This document shows positions 7,791 to 15,649 of a DNA stretch of 21,318 bases, piece after piece. The notes under the pieces were generated by a model. The model was not told the DNA's origin. It made no database searches and was given only the letters and a program-made list of their open reading frames with translations. Source of the stretch: Candidatus Ancaeobacter aquaticus. GTDB lineage: Bacteria > Auribacterota > Ancaeobacteria > Ancaeobacterales > Ancaeobacteraceae. The stretch lies in NCBI GenBank assembly GCA_030765405.1, contig JAVCCP010000045.1, positions 62,001 to 83,318 on the forward strand, given 5' to 3'. Numbering within the stretch: position 1 is the stretch's first letter; each line of letters opens with the position of its first letter. Position numbers and translations under genes: made by a program.

Positions 7791-8036
7791 ATGAAGGATA
7801 CGTCTGATGCAATAGCAGTCCGTTTTCAAGATATGATTATGAGGCGTAATCCGGCAGAACGTTTACTTATGGGCTGTTCCATGTATGATACTGCCAAACA
7901 GATAGTAAAAAGCTCTATACTTAATCAGAATCAGGGAATAACACCTCAGAAACTAAAAGAAGAAATATTTCTAAGGTTTTATGGAATGGAATTTAGTGAA
8001 TCTGAAAAAAAGAAGATATTGAGTGCCTTGAGGTAA
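7791..8036 (+). CDS. Small hypothetical protein, probable partner of the nucleotidyltransferase
   Basis: 81 aa, GAGG RBS, 4 nt after the upstream stop; DTS....Y/F..M.M.R.P.ERL.MGCSM.DTA pattern recalled from genes paired with such nucleotidyltransferases. Confidence 0.75.
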   Translation: MKDTSDAIAVRFQDMIMRRNPAERLLMGCSMYDTAKQIVKSSILNQNQGITPQKLKEEIFLRFYGMEFSESEKKKILSALR

Positions 8037-8051
8037 AATTGTAGAAAAGGG

Positions 8052-8184
8052 TAGAAAAGGGGACAGCGCCTTTTTTTTAGCGTTCATTATAATGTGCGAT
8101 TTTCACCGCGTAGGAGACCTACGCCAAGCCCCTAGTTATACACCGCGTAGGAGTCTCTTTGAGCCACCTACGCGGTGGGGGTGT
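8052..8184. repeat. Composite REP-like palindromic element, copy 2
   Basis: Differs from 5720-5853 by one C. The leading GTAGAAAAGG is tandemly duplicated at 8041-8060. Confidence 0.9.
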
Positions 8185-8221
8185 GTAATGGGATGTGTTC
8201 TAAGAAATCGGGATGCATATC

Positions 8222-8638
8222 TTAGGTAATATATTCTACAATTGATTTCAGGTATTGTTCGATGTCTGTCAGGCTATTGTGTAGTATCCGGTAAACTTCT
8301 TTTGAATCTATCATTACGTAATCATGTACCAGAATATTTCTGAAACCCGCCATTTTTTCCAGATTACCAGCCAATTCATTTGGAATTACTTTTTGGCTTG
8401 AGAGTATGCTGAATATTTCCCTGTAAGTGTTAGGATAAGGGAAATTCTGTTGAGATATAATCTGGGATCCTATATCAATTGATAACTGTATGGCAACTTC
8501 AAGTTTACGTTCGACGGCTGCTTGGATATCAATATTAGTCAGGTATTCATCTTCTGAAATGCTCAGTTTGCTTTTTAAATAATCAAGCGTCGTTTTTAAT
8601 TCTTTAATCAATGTTTCTATAACAGTCTTGTCTACCAT
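8222..8638 (-). CDS. hepT: HEPN/DUF86 RNase toxin (HepT-like)
   Basis: AAVERKLEVAIQ..IDI and catalytic RX4HXY motif (FRNILVHDY); abuts the MNT gene. Confidence 0.9.
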   Translation of the reverse strand: MVDKTVIETLIKELKTTLDYLKSKLSISEDEYLTNIDIQAAVERKLEVAIQLSIDIGSQIISQQNFPYPNTYREIFSILSSQKVIPNELAGNLEKMAGFRNILVHDYVMIDSKEVYRILHNSLTDIEQYLKSIVEYIT

Positions 8639-9031
8639 TTATGCTTTCCTTATTTTGTTTATAGCATCTCTAGTAAAGAAATCAAGCATAGGTTTTATAT
8701 CTAAATATTCATTTATCACCTTTGCCTTATAGTGAAAAGGCGTTAAATCATTTTTGCAATGTATCATAGTGCCAAAACAAACGGCCTGATATCTCAATAG
8801 TGGCGGGGCATTGTTGAGTATGACAAGGTCAATAGTATCACTATTAAGTATTTGTTTTATTTCTCTTAAAAGTTCAAGCTTGTAATCGAATAAATGTGGT
8901 GTGTTTTTAAGTAATAGCGCAATGTCGGTGTCAGATAATGCGGTGTCTGTACCTTTAGCTTTTGAACCGAAAAGATATGCCAGTTCTATCTCAGGTTTGT
9001 TTTGGAATAAGTTATGTAGTAACTGTCTCAT
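8639..9031 (-). CDS. mntA: Minimal nucleotidyltransferase antitoxin (MntA-like, type VII TA)
   Basis: YLFGS-X10-DTD (GSX10DXD) and IDLVILNNAPPLL.YQ motifs; directly upstream of HEPN. Confidence 0.9.
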   Translation of the reverse strand: MRQLLHNLFQNKPEIELAYLFGSKAKGTDTALSDTDIALLLKNTPHLFDYKLELLREIKQILNSDTIDLVILNNAPPLLRYQAVCFGTMIHCKNDLTPFHYKAKVINEYLDIKPMLDFFTRDAINKIRKA

Positions 9032-9040
9032 AATACAGTT

Positions 9041-9069
9041 AAACTAACAGAGTGATATGCCGTTGTCAA
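9041..9069 (-). promoter_or_regulatory. Sigma70 promoter of the mntA-hepT operon
   Basis: Minus strand TTGACA-N17-TAGTTT with TGn; the -10 ends 9 nt before the ATG. Confidence 0.65.
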
Positions 9070-9094
9070 TGTGTTTTGCTCCTAAAAAAGGTTG

Positions 9095-9313
9095 TAGAAA
9101 AGGGGACAGCGCCCTTTTTTGCGTTCATTATAATGTGCGATTTTCACCGCGTAGGAGACCTATGCCAAGCCCCTAGAGATATACACCGCGTAGGAGTCTC
9201 TTTGAGCCACCTATGCCAAGCCCTAGTTAATACACCGCGTAGGAGTCTCTTTGAGCCACCTACGCGGTGGGGGGTGTTGTATAGTCTCTTTGAGCCACCT
9301 ACGCGGTGGGGGT
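9095..9313. repeat. Expanded composite REP-like element, copy 3
   Basis: Same start as copies 1 and 2, then full or partial 37-nt units at 9145, 9185, 9233-9269 and 9283-9308. Confidence 0.9.
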
Positions 9314-9334
9314 GGTTTTTGTTTCTAAAAAAGG

Positions 9335-9363
9335 TTGATTTCCCCTGTGTTTGCCAGTAAAGT
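9335..9363 (+). promoter_or_regulatory. tRNA-Arg promoter
   Basis: TTGATT-N17-TAAAGT, 13 nt before the tRNA. Confidence 0.6.
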
Positions 9364-9376
9364 ATACACTCGTTTT

Positions 9377-9450
9377 GCGCCTGTAGCTCAACTGGATAGA
9401 GTATCGGTCTTCGAAACCGAGGGTTGCCCGTTCGATCCGGGCCAGGCGCG
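9377..9450 (+). tRNA. tRNA-Arg (TCG)
   Basis: Cloverleaf GCGCCTG/CAGGCGC, anticodon arm TCGGT-CTTCGAA-ACCGA, T-arm GCCCG-TTCGATC-CGGGC; CCA not encoded. Confidence 0.95.
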
Positions 9451-9454
9451 ATTT

Positions 9455-9527
9455 CGTTCATAGTTTATCGTTGATCGTTCATAGACTATGTATTTTTAAA
9501 TAGTATTTTTCGATGAACTATTAACGA
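9455..9527. repeat. Degenerate heptamer tandem array with an inverted partial copy
   Basis: CGTTCAT AGTTTAT CGTTGAT CGTTCAT AGAC (9455-9486); 9511-9527 reads TCGTTAATAGTTCATCG on the minus strand. Confidence 0.75.
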
Positions 9528-9546
9528 TTCCACAAGGGGACTATCT

Positions 9547-9576
9547 CCAGAAAAATTTATTTATAAATTTTTCTGG
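9547..9576. repeat. Perfect 14-bp AT-rich inverted repeat
   Basis: CCAGAAAAATTTAT-TT-ATAAATTTTTCTGG. Confidence 0.9.
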
Positions 9577-9590
9577 GGGTAAACTAAGTA

Positions 9591-9620
9591 TTGACAATGG
9601 CGTTTTATTTTTGGTATTCT
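9591..9620 (+). promoter_or_regulatory. Promoter of the Lys-Leu-Gly tRNA operon
   Basis: TTGACA-N18-TATTCT with TGn. Confidence 0.7.
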
Positions 9621-9642
9621 TACGGCTCAATTTTGCTTATAA

Positions 9643-9715
9643 GCGCCGTTAGCTCAGCTGGTAGAGCAACTGACTCTTAATCAGTGGGTCGAAGGTTCGA
9701 CTCCTTCACGGCGCA
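9643..9715 (+). tRNA. tRNA-Lys (CTT)
   Basis: GCGCCGT/ACGGCGC acceptor stem, ACTGA-CTCTTAA-TCAGT, GAAGG-TTCGACT-CCTTC. Confidence 0.97.
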
Positions 9716-9732
9716 AAGAATGATATGATTCA

Positions 9733-9814
9733 GGGCGAGTGGTGAAATTGGCAGACACGTAAGATTTAGGATCTTATGCCGTAAGGTGTGTGGGTTCAAG
9801 TCCCTCCTCGCCCA
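9733..9814 (+). tRNA. tRNA-Leu (TAG)
   Basis: GGGCGAG/CTCGCCC acceptor stem, TAAGA-TTTAGGA-TCTTA, long variable arm; one T-T mismatch in the T-stem. Confidence 0.93.
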
Positions 9815-9833
9815 GATTTTGAAAGAATGTAAC

Positions 9834-9908
9834 GCGAGCGTAGCTCAGTGGTAGAGCCCTTCGTTGCCAACGAAGCTGTCGTGGGTTCAAATCCCATCGC
9901 TCGCTCCA
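9834..9908 (+). tRNA. tRNA-Gly (GCC), CCA encoded
   Basis: GCGAGCG/CGCTCGC acceptor stem, CTTCG-TTGCCAA-CGAAG, ends TCCA. Confidence 0.97.
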
Positions 9909-9912
9909 TAGT

Positions 9913-9960
9913 AAAGGCCTTTTATTGACATGAAAATGTCGGTAAAGGGCCTTTTTGTTT
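9913..9960 (+). terminator. Intrinsic terminator of the tRNA operon
   Basis: AAAGGCCTTT..TTGACAT-GAAA-ATGTCGG..AAAGGGCCTTT followed by a T-run. Confidence 0.8.
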
Positions 9961-10013
9961 TAATTAATAATGTAATATGTGTTAGGATATTATTGATTCC
10001 ATAGGGAGTATGT

Positions 10014-13000
10014 ATGCCTGATAAAAGAATACATTTAAAAGATATTCTTAATACTGATATTAACAGTAAGAAATATGCTGATATAATTTCATCGTATGGT
10101 TTTATTGATATTGATAAGGTCGTTACCTCTGTACGTAATATGGTTACAGATGATGCGATTTATGAGTATTTTTCCCTTATCTTTCCCACTCTTTTGGATG
10201 AGTTTTCCCGTTCTCCTGACCCCGACACGGCTCTTAACAACTTCGATCGTTTTATAAACGGATCTTTTAGTAAGATTGCTTTATTTTTAACATTATCACA
10301 AAAATCAGATAGTGTTCGCATACTGATAAAGCTTCTTGGTACAAGCCAGTTTTTATCTGATGCGCTGATACGTAATCCCGAATATTTTGATTGGATGACA
10401 GATAAAGAAGTCCTTTCTCTTGTTGGAGATAGAACCGCACTTATTAGCGATATTGAAGAATCTGTTCTCATATTTAATGACTATGATAGCAGACTTAATT
10501 CACTCAGAAGGTTTAAAAGAAGAGAAATGCTCCGTATAGGCGTGAAAGATATTCTTGGGATGTCTCGTGTTGAAGAGACGGTGAAAGAACTATCAAACAT
10601 TGGTGATGCAGTCCTCACTGCGGCATATCGTATTTCGCATGATGTACTCTATAAAAAGTATGGTACACCGAAAGAAACTAATAGCGATAATCCTGAAAGA
10701 GACGCATCGTTTGCAGTAATCAGTATGGGAAAACTTGGCGGAGAAGAGCTTAATTATAGTTCTGATATAGATGTTGTCTTTGTCTATTCAGAAGATGGAA
10801 TGACAGACGTAAAGGATATTCCCAAGGCAAAAAGTATAACCAATATTGAATATTTCACAAAAATGGGTGAAATGATACTCTCAATAATAGGGAGTACTAC
10901 TAAAGAAGGATATGTCTTTCGTATAGATACGCGTCTTAGACCGGAAGGGAACACAGGGCCTTTGGTGCGATCGCTTGAAAGTTATCAGGAATATTATGCC
11001 GCGTGGGGTGAGGCATGGGAGCGTATGGCGCTTATTAAGGCTCGTTTTTCTGCGGGTAGTGAGGTGTTGGGAAAAGAGTTTATTGGTGCGATAAAGCCCT
11101 TTGTGTATCAAAAATCACTGAGTCAGAGCTCTATTGATGAGATAAAAGATATAAAACGAAGAATCGATCATGAAGTATCAAAAAAGGGGAGGACATTCAC
11201 CGAGGTAAAGTTAGGCTATGGGGGTATCAGAGAGATAGAGTTTACCGTACAAGTCTTTCAACTTATTGGTGGTGGAAAAAATCCCAAATTGCAGACGCCA
11301 ACGACACTTAACGCTATACAGGTGTTATCATGCGCGGATATTTTTAATAAAGATGATGCTATTAATCTTATGGAAGCGTACAGGTTTCTGCGTGTTTTGG
11401 AGCATTTTCTGCAGATCGAGAACGAATTACAGCTTCATCATTTGCCGACGGATAATGATGAGCTGAACAAATTAGCAAAGAAACTTGGGTACGCCGATAT
11501 TGAGGAAAAAAGTGCTCGCGAGCAGCTTATGAACGATTATAAAAGGCATACAGATTTTGTTCACAGCGTACACATGAGAATATTTGCAAAAGATAATACT
11601 GATTCTAATGCTGAAGGGATAGAGTATCTCTATGAAAATAAATGTAGTACTGATAGTGAACAGTATCTTAAAGAAATAGGTTTTCAGGACATAAAAAAAG
11701 CATTTTCAAACATAAAATTTCTTTCTGAAGGGCCGGGTTATGTACATATTATGCCCTCAACGGTGAGAACATTTAAACAGTTTCTTCCTGATCTTATGAA
11801 ATTTCTTAAAGAATCTCCTGATCCTGATATGGCCTTCAATAACTTTGAACGCTTTGTCTCATCTCAAGGAGCGCGATCAGTATTTTACAAACTGCTTGAT
11901 GAAAACCGCAATCTTATAAAATTACTCGTCCATCTTGGCGCACACAGTCAGTATCTCTCAGATACTGTTGTAACAAACCCCGATATACTCGGGCAGATCC
12001 TTATGCCGGGAATGCTGGAGTTAAAAAAAGATACGAGCATCTTGTACAAGGAATTAACCGCACGCACTAATATGTATAAAAGCTATGATGATATATTAGA
12101 TGAAATGAGAAGATATAAAAAAGCTGAAATTGTTCGTATCGGTCTGAAAGATATTTTAGGTATAAGTGGTTTGGCTGGTACTCTTAGAGATATTTCTGCT
12201 CTTGCAGACGCATCCTTGAAAGTAGCTGTTGATGTTGCGTTGAAGATTCTTGTAGAAGAATATGGGTATCCGGAGACTGAAATCGGCAATAAAAAGAAAG
12301 CTTCCGAATATGCGATATTTGGGCTCGGTAAGCTCGGCGGTTATGAAATGGGGTATAGTTCTGACCTTGATATTGTTTTTGTGTATCGTGGTGACGGGCA
12401 AACTGCATCTGCCAGTAAGAGCATAACAAACAGAGAATTCTTTGCGTATTTTGCGCAAAAAGTTATAGAAATAATGACTAAAACGACCGTTGAGGGATCC
12501 TTATATAAAGTTGATATAAAGATAAGTCCCGGGGGTAAAGGTGAGGGGATTGTTCACGCATTTGAGAAATATCAGAACTACTACGGTACGTCAAGTATGA
12601 CCTGGGAAAGACAAGCGTTTACTAAGGCACGTTGTATATGCGGGGATGTTTCTCTACAAAAAGATTTTGAAATATTAATCGCTGATTATGTCTACGGTAA
12701 ATGTCTTTCGTCAAAAGAGATAAAAGAGATCTATGATATGCGCCTCTTAATGCAGAAAGAAAGAGTTAAAACTCGTGATAAAGGCTATCATATAAAATTA
12801 GATCCCGGTGGTATTGTTGATATCGAATTTATTGTGCAAGTAATACAGCTCATGCAGGGATGTAAAGATAAGGATGTTAGAAAAACAAATACATTAGAAA
12901 TACTTACTATCCTCGGAGAGAAAGAATATCTATCAGGAAATGATTTTATGATATTACATAATGCATATATTTTTATGCGTATTATTGAAAATAAAATACG

Positions 13001-13181
13001 TATTGTGTCAAATCATTCACTTGATGCTATTCCCCATGAAGAAAAGAAGTTAAAAGTATTGATCAAAAGGTTGGGTGAGAACTATGAAAGCATCGGTTCA
13101 TCGAAGGCGTTTCTTGATCAATATCATGTATTCGCGAGTAAGGTGAGAGCTATCTTTGATAATATTTTTAAAGAAAAATAA
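10014..13181 (+). CDS. glnE: Bifunctional glutamine synthetase adenylyltransferase/adenylyl-removing enzyme
   Basis: Two nucleotidyltransferase halves: MGKLGGEELNYSSDIDVVF...DTRLRPEG...WERMALIKAR and LGKLGGYEMGYSSDLDIVF...WERQAFTKAR; KL..GG.VDIEF motifs. Confidence 0.97.
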   Translation: MPDKRIHLKDILNTDINSKKYADIISSYGFIDIDKVVTSVRNMVTDDAIYEYFSLIFPTLLDEFSRSPDPDTALNNFDRFINGSFSKIALFLTLSQKSDSVRILIKLLGTSQFLSDALIRNPEYFDWMTDKEVLSLVGDRTALISDIEESVLIFNDYDSRLNSLRRFKRREMLRIGVKDILGMSRVEETVKELSNIGDAVLTAAYRISHDVLYKKYGTPKETNSDNPERDASFAVISMGKLGGEELNYSSDIDVVFVYSEDGMTDVKDIPKAKSITNIEYFTKMGEMILSIIGSTTKEGYVFRIDTRLRPEGNTGPLVRSLESYQEYYAAWGEAWERMALIKARFSAGSEVLGKEFIGAIKPFVYQKSLSQSSIDEIKDIKRRIDHEVSKKGRTFTEVKLGYGGIREIEFTVQVFQLIGGGKNPKLQTPTTLNAIQVLSCADIFNKDDAINLMEAYRFLRVLEHFLQIENELQLHHLPTDNDELNKLAKKLGYADIEEKSAREQLMNDYKRHTDFVHSVHMRIFAKDNTDSNAEGIEYLYENKCSTDSEQYLKEIGFQDIKKAFSNIKFLSEGPGYVHIMPSTVRTFKQFLPDLMKFLKESPDPDMAFNNFERFVSSQGARSVFYKLLDENRNLIKLLVHLGAHSQYLSDTVVTNPDILGQILMPGMLELKKDTSILYKELTARTNMYKSYDDILDEMRRYKKAEIVRIGLKDILGISGLAGTLRDISALADASLKVAVDVALKILVEEYGYPETEIGNKKKASEYAIFGLGKLGGYEMGYSSDLDIVFVYRGDGQTASASKSITNREFFAYFAQKVIEIMTKTTVEGSLYKVDIKISPGGKGEGIVHAFEKYQNYYGTSSMTWERQAFTKARCICGDVSLQKDFEILIADYVYGKCLSSKEIKEIYDMRLLMQKERVKTRDKGYHIKLDPGGIVDIEFIVQVIQLMQGCKDKDVRKTNTLEILTILGEKEYLSGNDFMILHNAYIFMRIIENKIRIVSNHSLDAIPHEEKKLKVLIKRLGENYESIGSSKAFLDQYHVFASKVRAIFDNIFKEK

Positions 13182-13187
13182 AAAAAC

Positions 13188-13222
13188 CGTATTTCGTATA
13201 TAGTATATAGTATCTCGTAAAT
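13188..13222. repeat. Degenerate heptamer tandem array
   Basis: CGTATTT CGTATAT AGTATAT AGTATCT CGTAAAT. Confidence 0.8.
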
Positions 13223-13223
13223 G

Positions 13224-13252
13224 AAAACGCCCCGATTTTGTCGGGGCGTTTT
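13224..13252. terminator. Bidirectional terminator between glnE and glnA
   Basis: AAAACGCCCCGA-TTTTG-TCGGGGCGTTTT perfect stem with T-runs on both strands. Confidence 0.85.
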
Positions 13253-13275
13253 CTTATTTGACTTCCTGCATCGAC

Positions 13276-14700
13276 TTAGATGTCGTAGTACATGAAGAAT
13301 TCATAAGGATGCGGTCTCATACGCATCGGATTTACTTCGCTATCAGTTTTGTAATCTATCCATGTTTGAATAACATCTTCTGTAAATACGTCACCCTTTA
13401 ATAAGAACTCATTATCTTCCTTGAGAGCATTTAATGATTCTTCCAGTGATCCCGGTGCTGTAGGAATGTTTGCAAGCTCTTCCGGTGGTAAATCATAAAT
13501 ATTCTTATCAAGCGGATCTCCCGGATGAATCTTGTTTTGAATACCGTCTAGTCCGGCCATAAGCATAGCTGAAAACGCAAGATATGGGTTACAGCTTGGA
13601 TCCGGTGTTCTAAACTCAACTCGTTTTGCTTTTGGGCTCTGAGAATACATCGGTATTCTTATTGCCGCGCTTCTGTTTTTAGCAGAATAGGCTAAGTTTA
13701 CCGGTGCTTCAAAACCCGGAACTAATCTTTTGTATGAATTTGTTGTTGGATTTGAAAACGCAATGATCGCATTAGCGTGTTTCAACAGTCCGCCAATAAA
13801 GAACATTGCGGTATCACTGAGTCCCGCATATCCGTTTCCAGGAAATAGCGGCTTGTCGCCTTTCCATAAACTGATATGGGTGTGCATACCAGAACCATTA
13901 TCACCAAATATCGGTTTCGGCATAAATGTTGCTGTTTTACCGTATTTGCGTGCGACATTCTTAACGATGTATTTAAATAACATTAGGTTATCCGCCATCT
14001 TTACCATTTTATCAAATCTGAGGTCGATCTCTCCCTGACCGGCAGTTGCTACTTCGTGGTGTTGGCATTCAACATGTAATCCGCACTGTTCCATAGTTAA
14101 AACCATGTCTGAACGAATGTCTTGCTGAGAATCTGTTGGTGCGACGGGAAAATATCCTTCTTTATGTCTCGGCTTATACCCGAGGTTCGGGGATTCTTCA
14201 CGGCCTGAGTTCCATATGGCTTCTGCTGAATCAATGAAATAGTATCCGCTTGAAGCATTTTGATCAAAACGAATCCCGTCAAAAATAAAGAACTCTGCTT
14301 CCGGACCATAAAACGCAGTTGTTGCTATACCGGTTGATTTTAAATACTCCTCTGCTTTTTGTGCGATGTGTCTCGGATCTCTTAAATATCTTTCTTTTGT
14401 TATAGGGTCAACGATGTTACATACAAGACTTAATGTCGGTATTGACATAAAAGGATCCATCAATGCTGTTGATGGGTCCGGCATAACAAGCATGTCACTT
14501 TCGTTAATTGCTTTCCATCCGCGTATGCTTGATCCGTCAAAACCAAGACCTTCTGAAAATTTATCTTCGCTAAATTCACATATCGGGACAGAAAAATGCT
14601 GCCATAACCCCGGAAAATCCATAAATTTGAAATCTACCATTTTGGCGTTATTCTTTTTTGCCATTTCTAATACATCTTTTGGTGTTTTACAAGTGCTCAT
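13276..14700 (-). CDS. glnA: Glutamine synthetase type I (adenylylatable GSI-beta)
   Basis: [56 protein letters not shown]; adenylylation loop NIYDLP. Confidence 0.99.
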   Translation of the reverse strand: MSTCKTPKDVLEMAKKNNAKMVDFKFMDFPGLWQHFSVPICEFSEDKFSEGLGFDGSSIRGWKAINESDMLVMPDPSTALMDPFMSIPTLSLVCNIVDPITKERYLRDPRHIAQKAEEYLKSTGIATTAFYGPEAEFFIFDGIRFDQNASSGYYFIDSAEAIWNSGREESPNLGYKPRHKEGYFPVAPTDSQQDIRSDMVLTMEQCGLHVECQHHEVATAGQGEIDLRFDKMVKMADNLMLFKYIVKNVARKYGKTATFMPKPIFGDNGSGMHTHISLWKGDKPLFPGNGYAGLSDTAMFFIGGLLKHANAIIAFSNPTTNSYKRLVPGFEAPVNLAYSAKNRSAAIRIPMYSQSPKAKRVEFRTPDPSCNPYLAFSAMLMAGLDGIQNKIHPGDPLDKNIYDLPPEELANIPTAPGSLEESLNALKEDNEFLLKGDVFTEDVIQTWIDYKTDSEVNPMRMRPHPYEFFMYYDI

Positions 14701-14837
14701 GTATGTACTCCTTTCAATATTTTATCTTTATGGTACGCGCGGCAGGAGAAGATTCGCAGGGCTTCCGCCACAAAGCAACAGCGGATCATGGAAAAGCCCT
14801 GCACTACATTCATGCGCCGCCTTACTCACCGGTTACG

Positions 14838-15191
<354 letters not shown>

Positions 15192-15194
15192 TTA

Positions 15195-15357
15195 GGGGTT
15201 AAGAAATAATAATATCCCCAAATTGAAAACTCATCTTTGGCCGTCTGCCTCGTTGCTCCTCCTTAACGTACCGCAGGGGGTACGCCAGCGTCGTCACGCC
15301 TTGCATACGGTTCAAATCTGAGCCTCCAAATTGTGGATATTATTGTTTCTCAACCCC
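15195..15357. mobile_element. 163-bp MITE-like element with about 31-bp terminal inverted repeats and a TTA target duplication
   Basis: Left GGGGTTAAGAAATAATAATATCCCCAAATTG vs reverse complement of right GGGGTTGAGAAACAATAATATCCACAATTTG (27/31). TTA at 15192-15194 and 15358-15360; GC-rich core with CGTACC/GGTACG hairpin. Confidence 0.8.
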
Positions 15358-15393
15358 TTACTACGTATTATATATGAAAAAAGAAAAGTGAAC

Positions 15394-15421
15394 AGCATAA
15401 AACGAGCAATTTGTGTGTCAA
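15394..15421 (-). promoter_or_regulatory. Sigma70 promoter candidate for glnB-glnA
   Basis: Minus strand TTGACA-N16-TATGCT. Confidence 0.5.
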
Positions 15422-15503
15422 TAAAATCGGGGGTAAAATGGTGTTTATGAGTAAATTGCCGGCATTTTTGATTGCACAGTGATTTAAAAGTGTCAATTTT
15501 TGT

Positions 15504-15538
15504 TAGCGTAGAGCGGATAGCGTGTAGCGTATAGTATT
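15504..15538. repeat. Degenerate heptamer tandem array
   Basis: TAGCGTA GAGCGGA TAGCGTG TAGCGTA TAGTATT. Confidence 0.75.
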
Positions 15539-15649
15539 TAAAAAGTCTGAAATCGATGAATTATGCACCAGGAACGATATCTGTGTTATGTCTGTGTTAA
15601 CACGTAGTTTTGTTGCTAAAGTTTTTAGTCTGTGGTCTCTGGTCTTTCT

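Noticed and set aside
9145..9308. CRISPR array suggested by 37-nt palindromic repeats
   Set aside because: The intervening sequences are short and repeat each other (GCCAAGCCC(C)TAG..ATA), units are truncated irregularly, and no cas gene is present.
5720..9450. Prophage or integrative element
   Set aside because: No integrase, phage or conjugation gene, and no duplicated tRNA 3' end of the usual attL/attR type.
9052..9461. ORFs 9052-9360 (+) and 9144-9461 (-)
   Set aside because: They are translations of the repeat block and the antisense of tRNA-Arg.
15271..15288. GG-N10-GC inside the MITE on the minus strand (TGGCGTACCCCCTGCG)
   Set aside because: Poor match to TGGCACG-N4-TTGC outside the two dinucleotides, and it lies in the element's hairpin.
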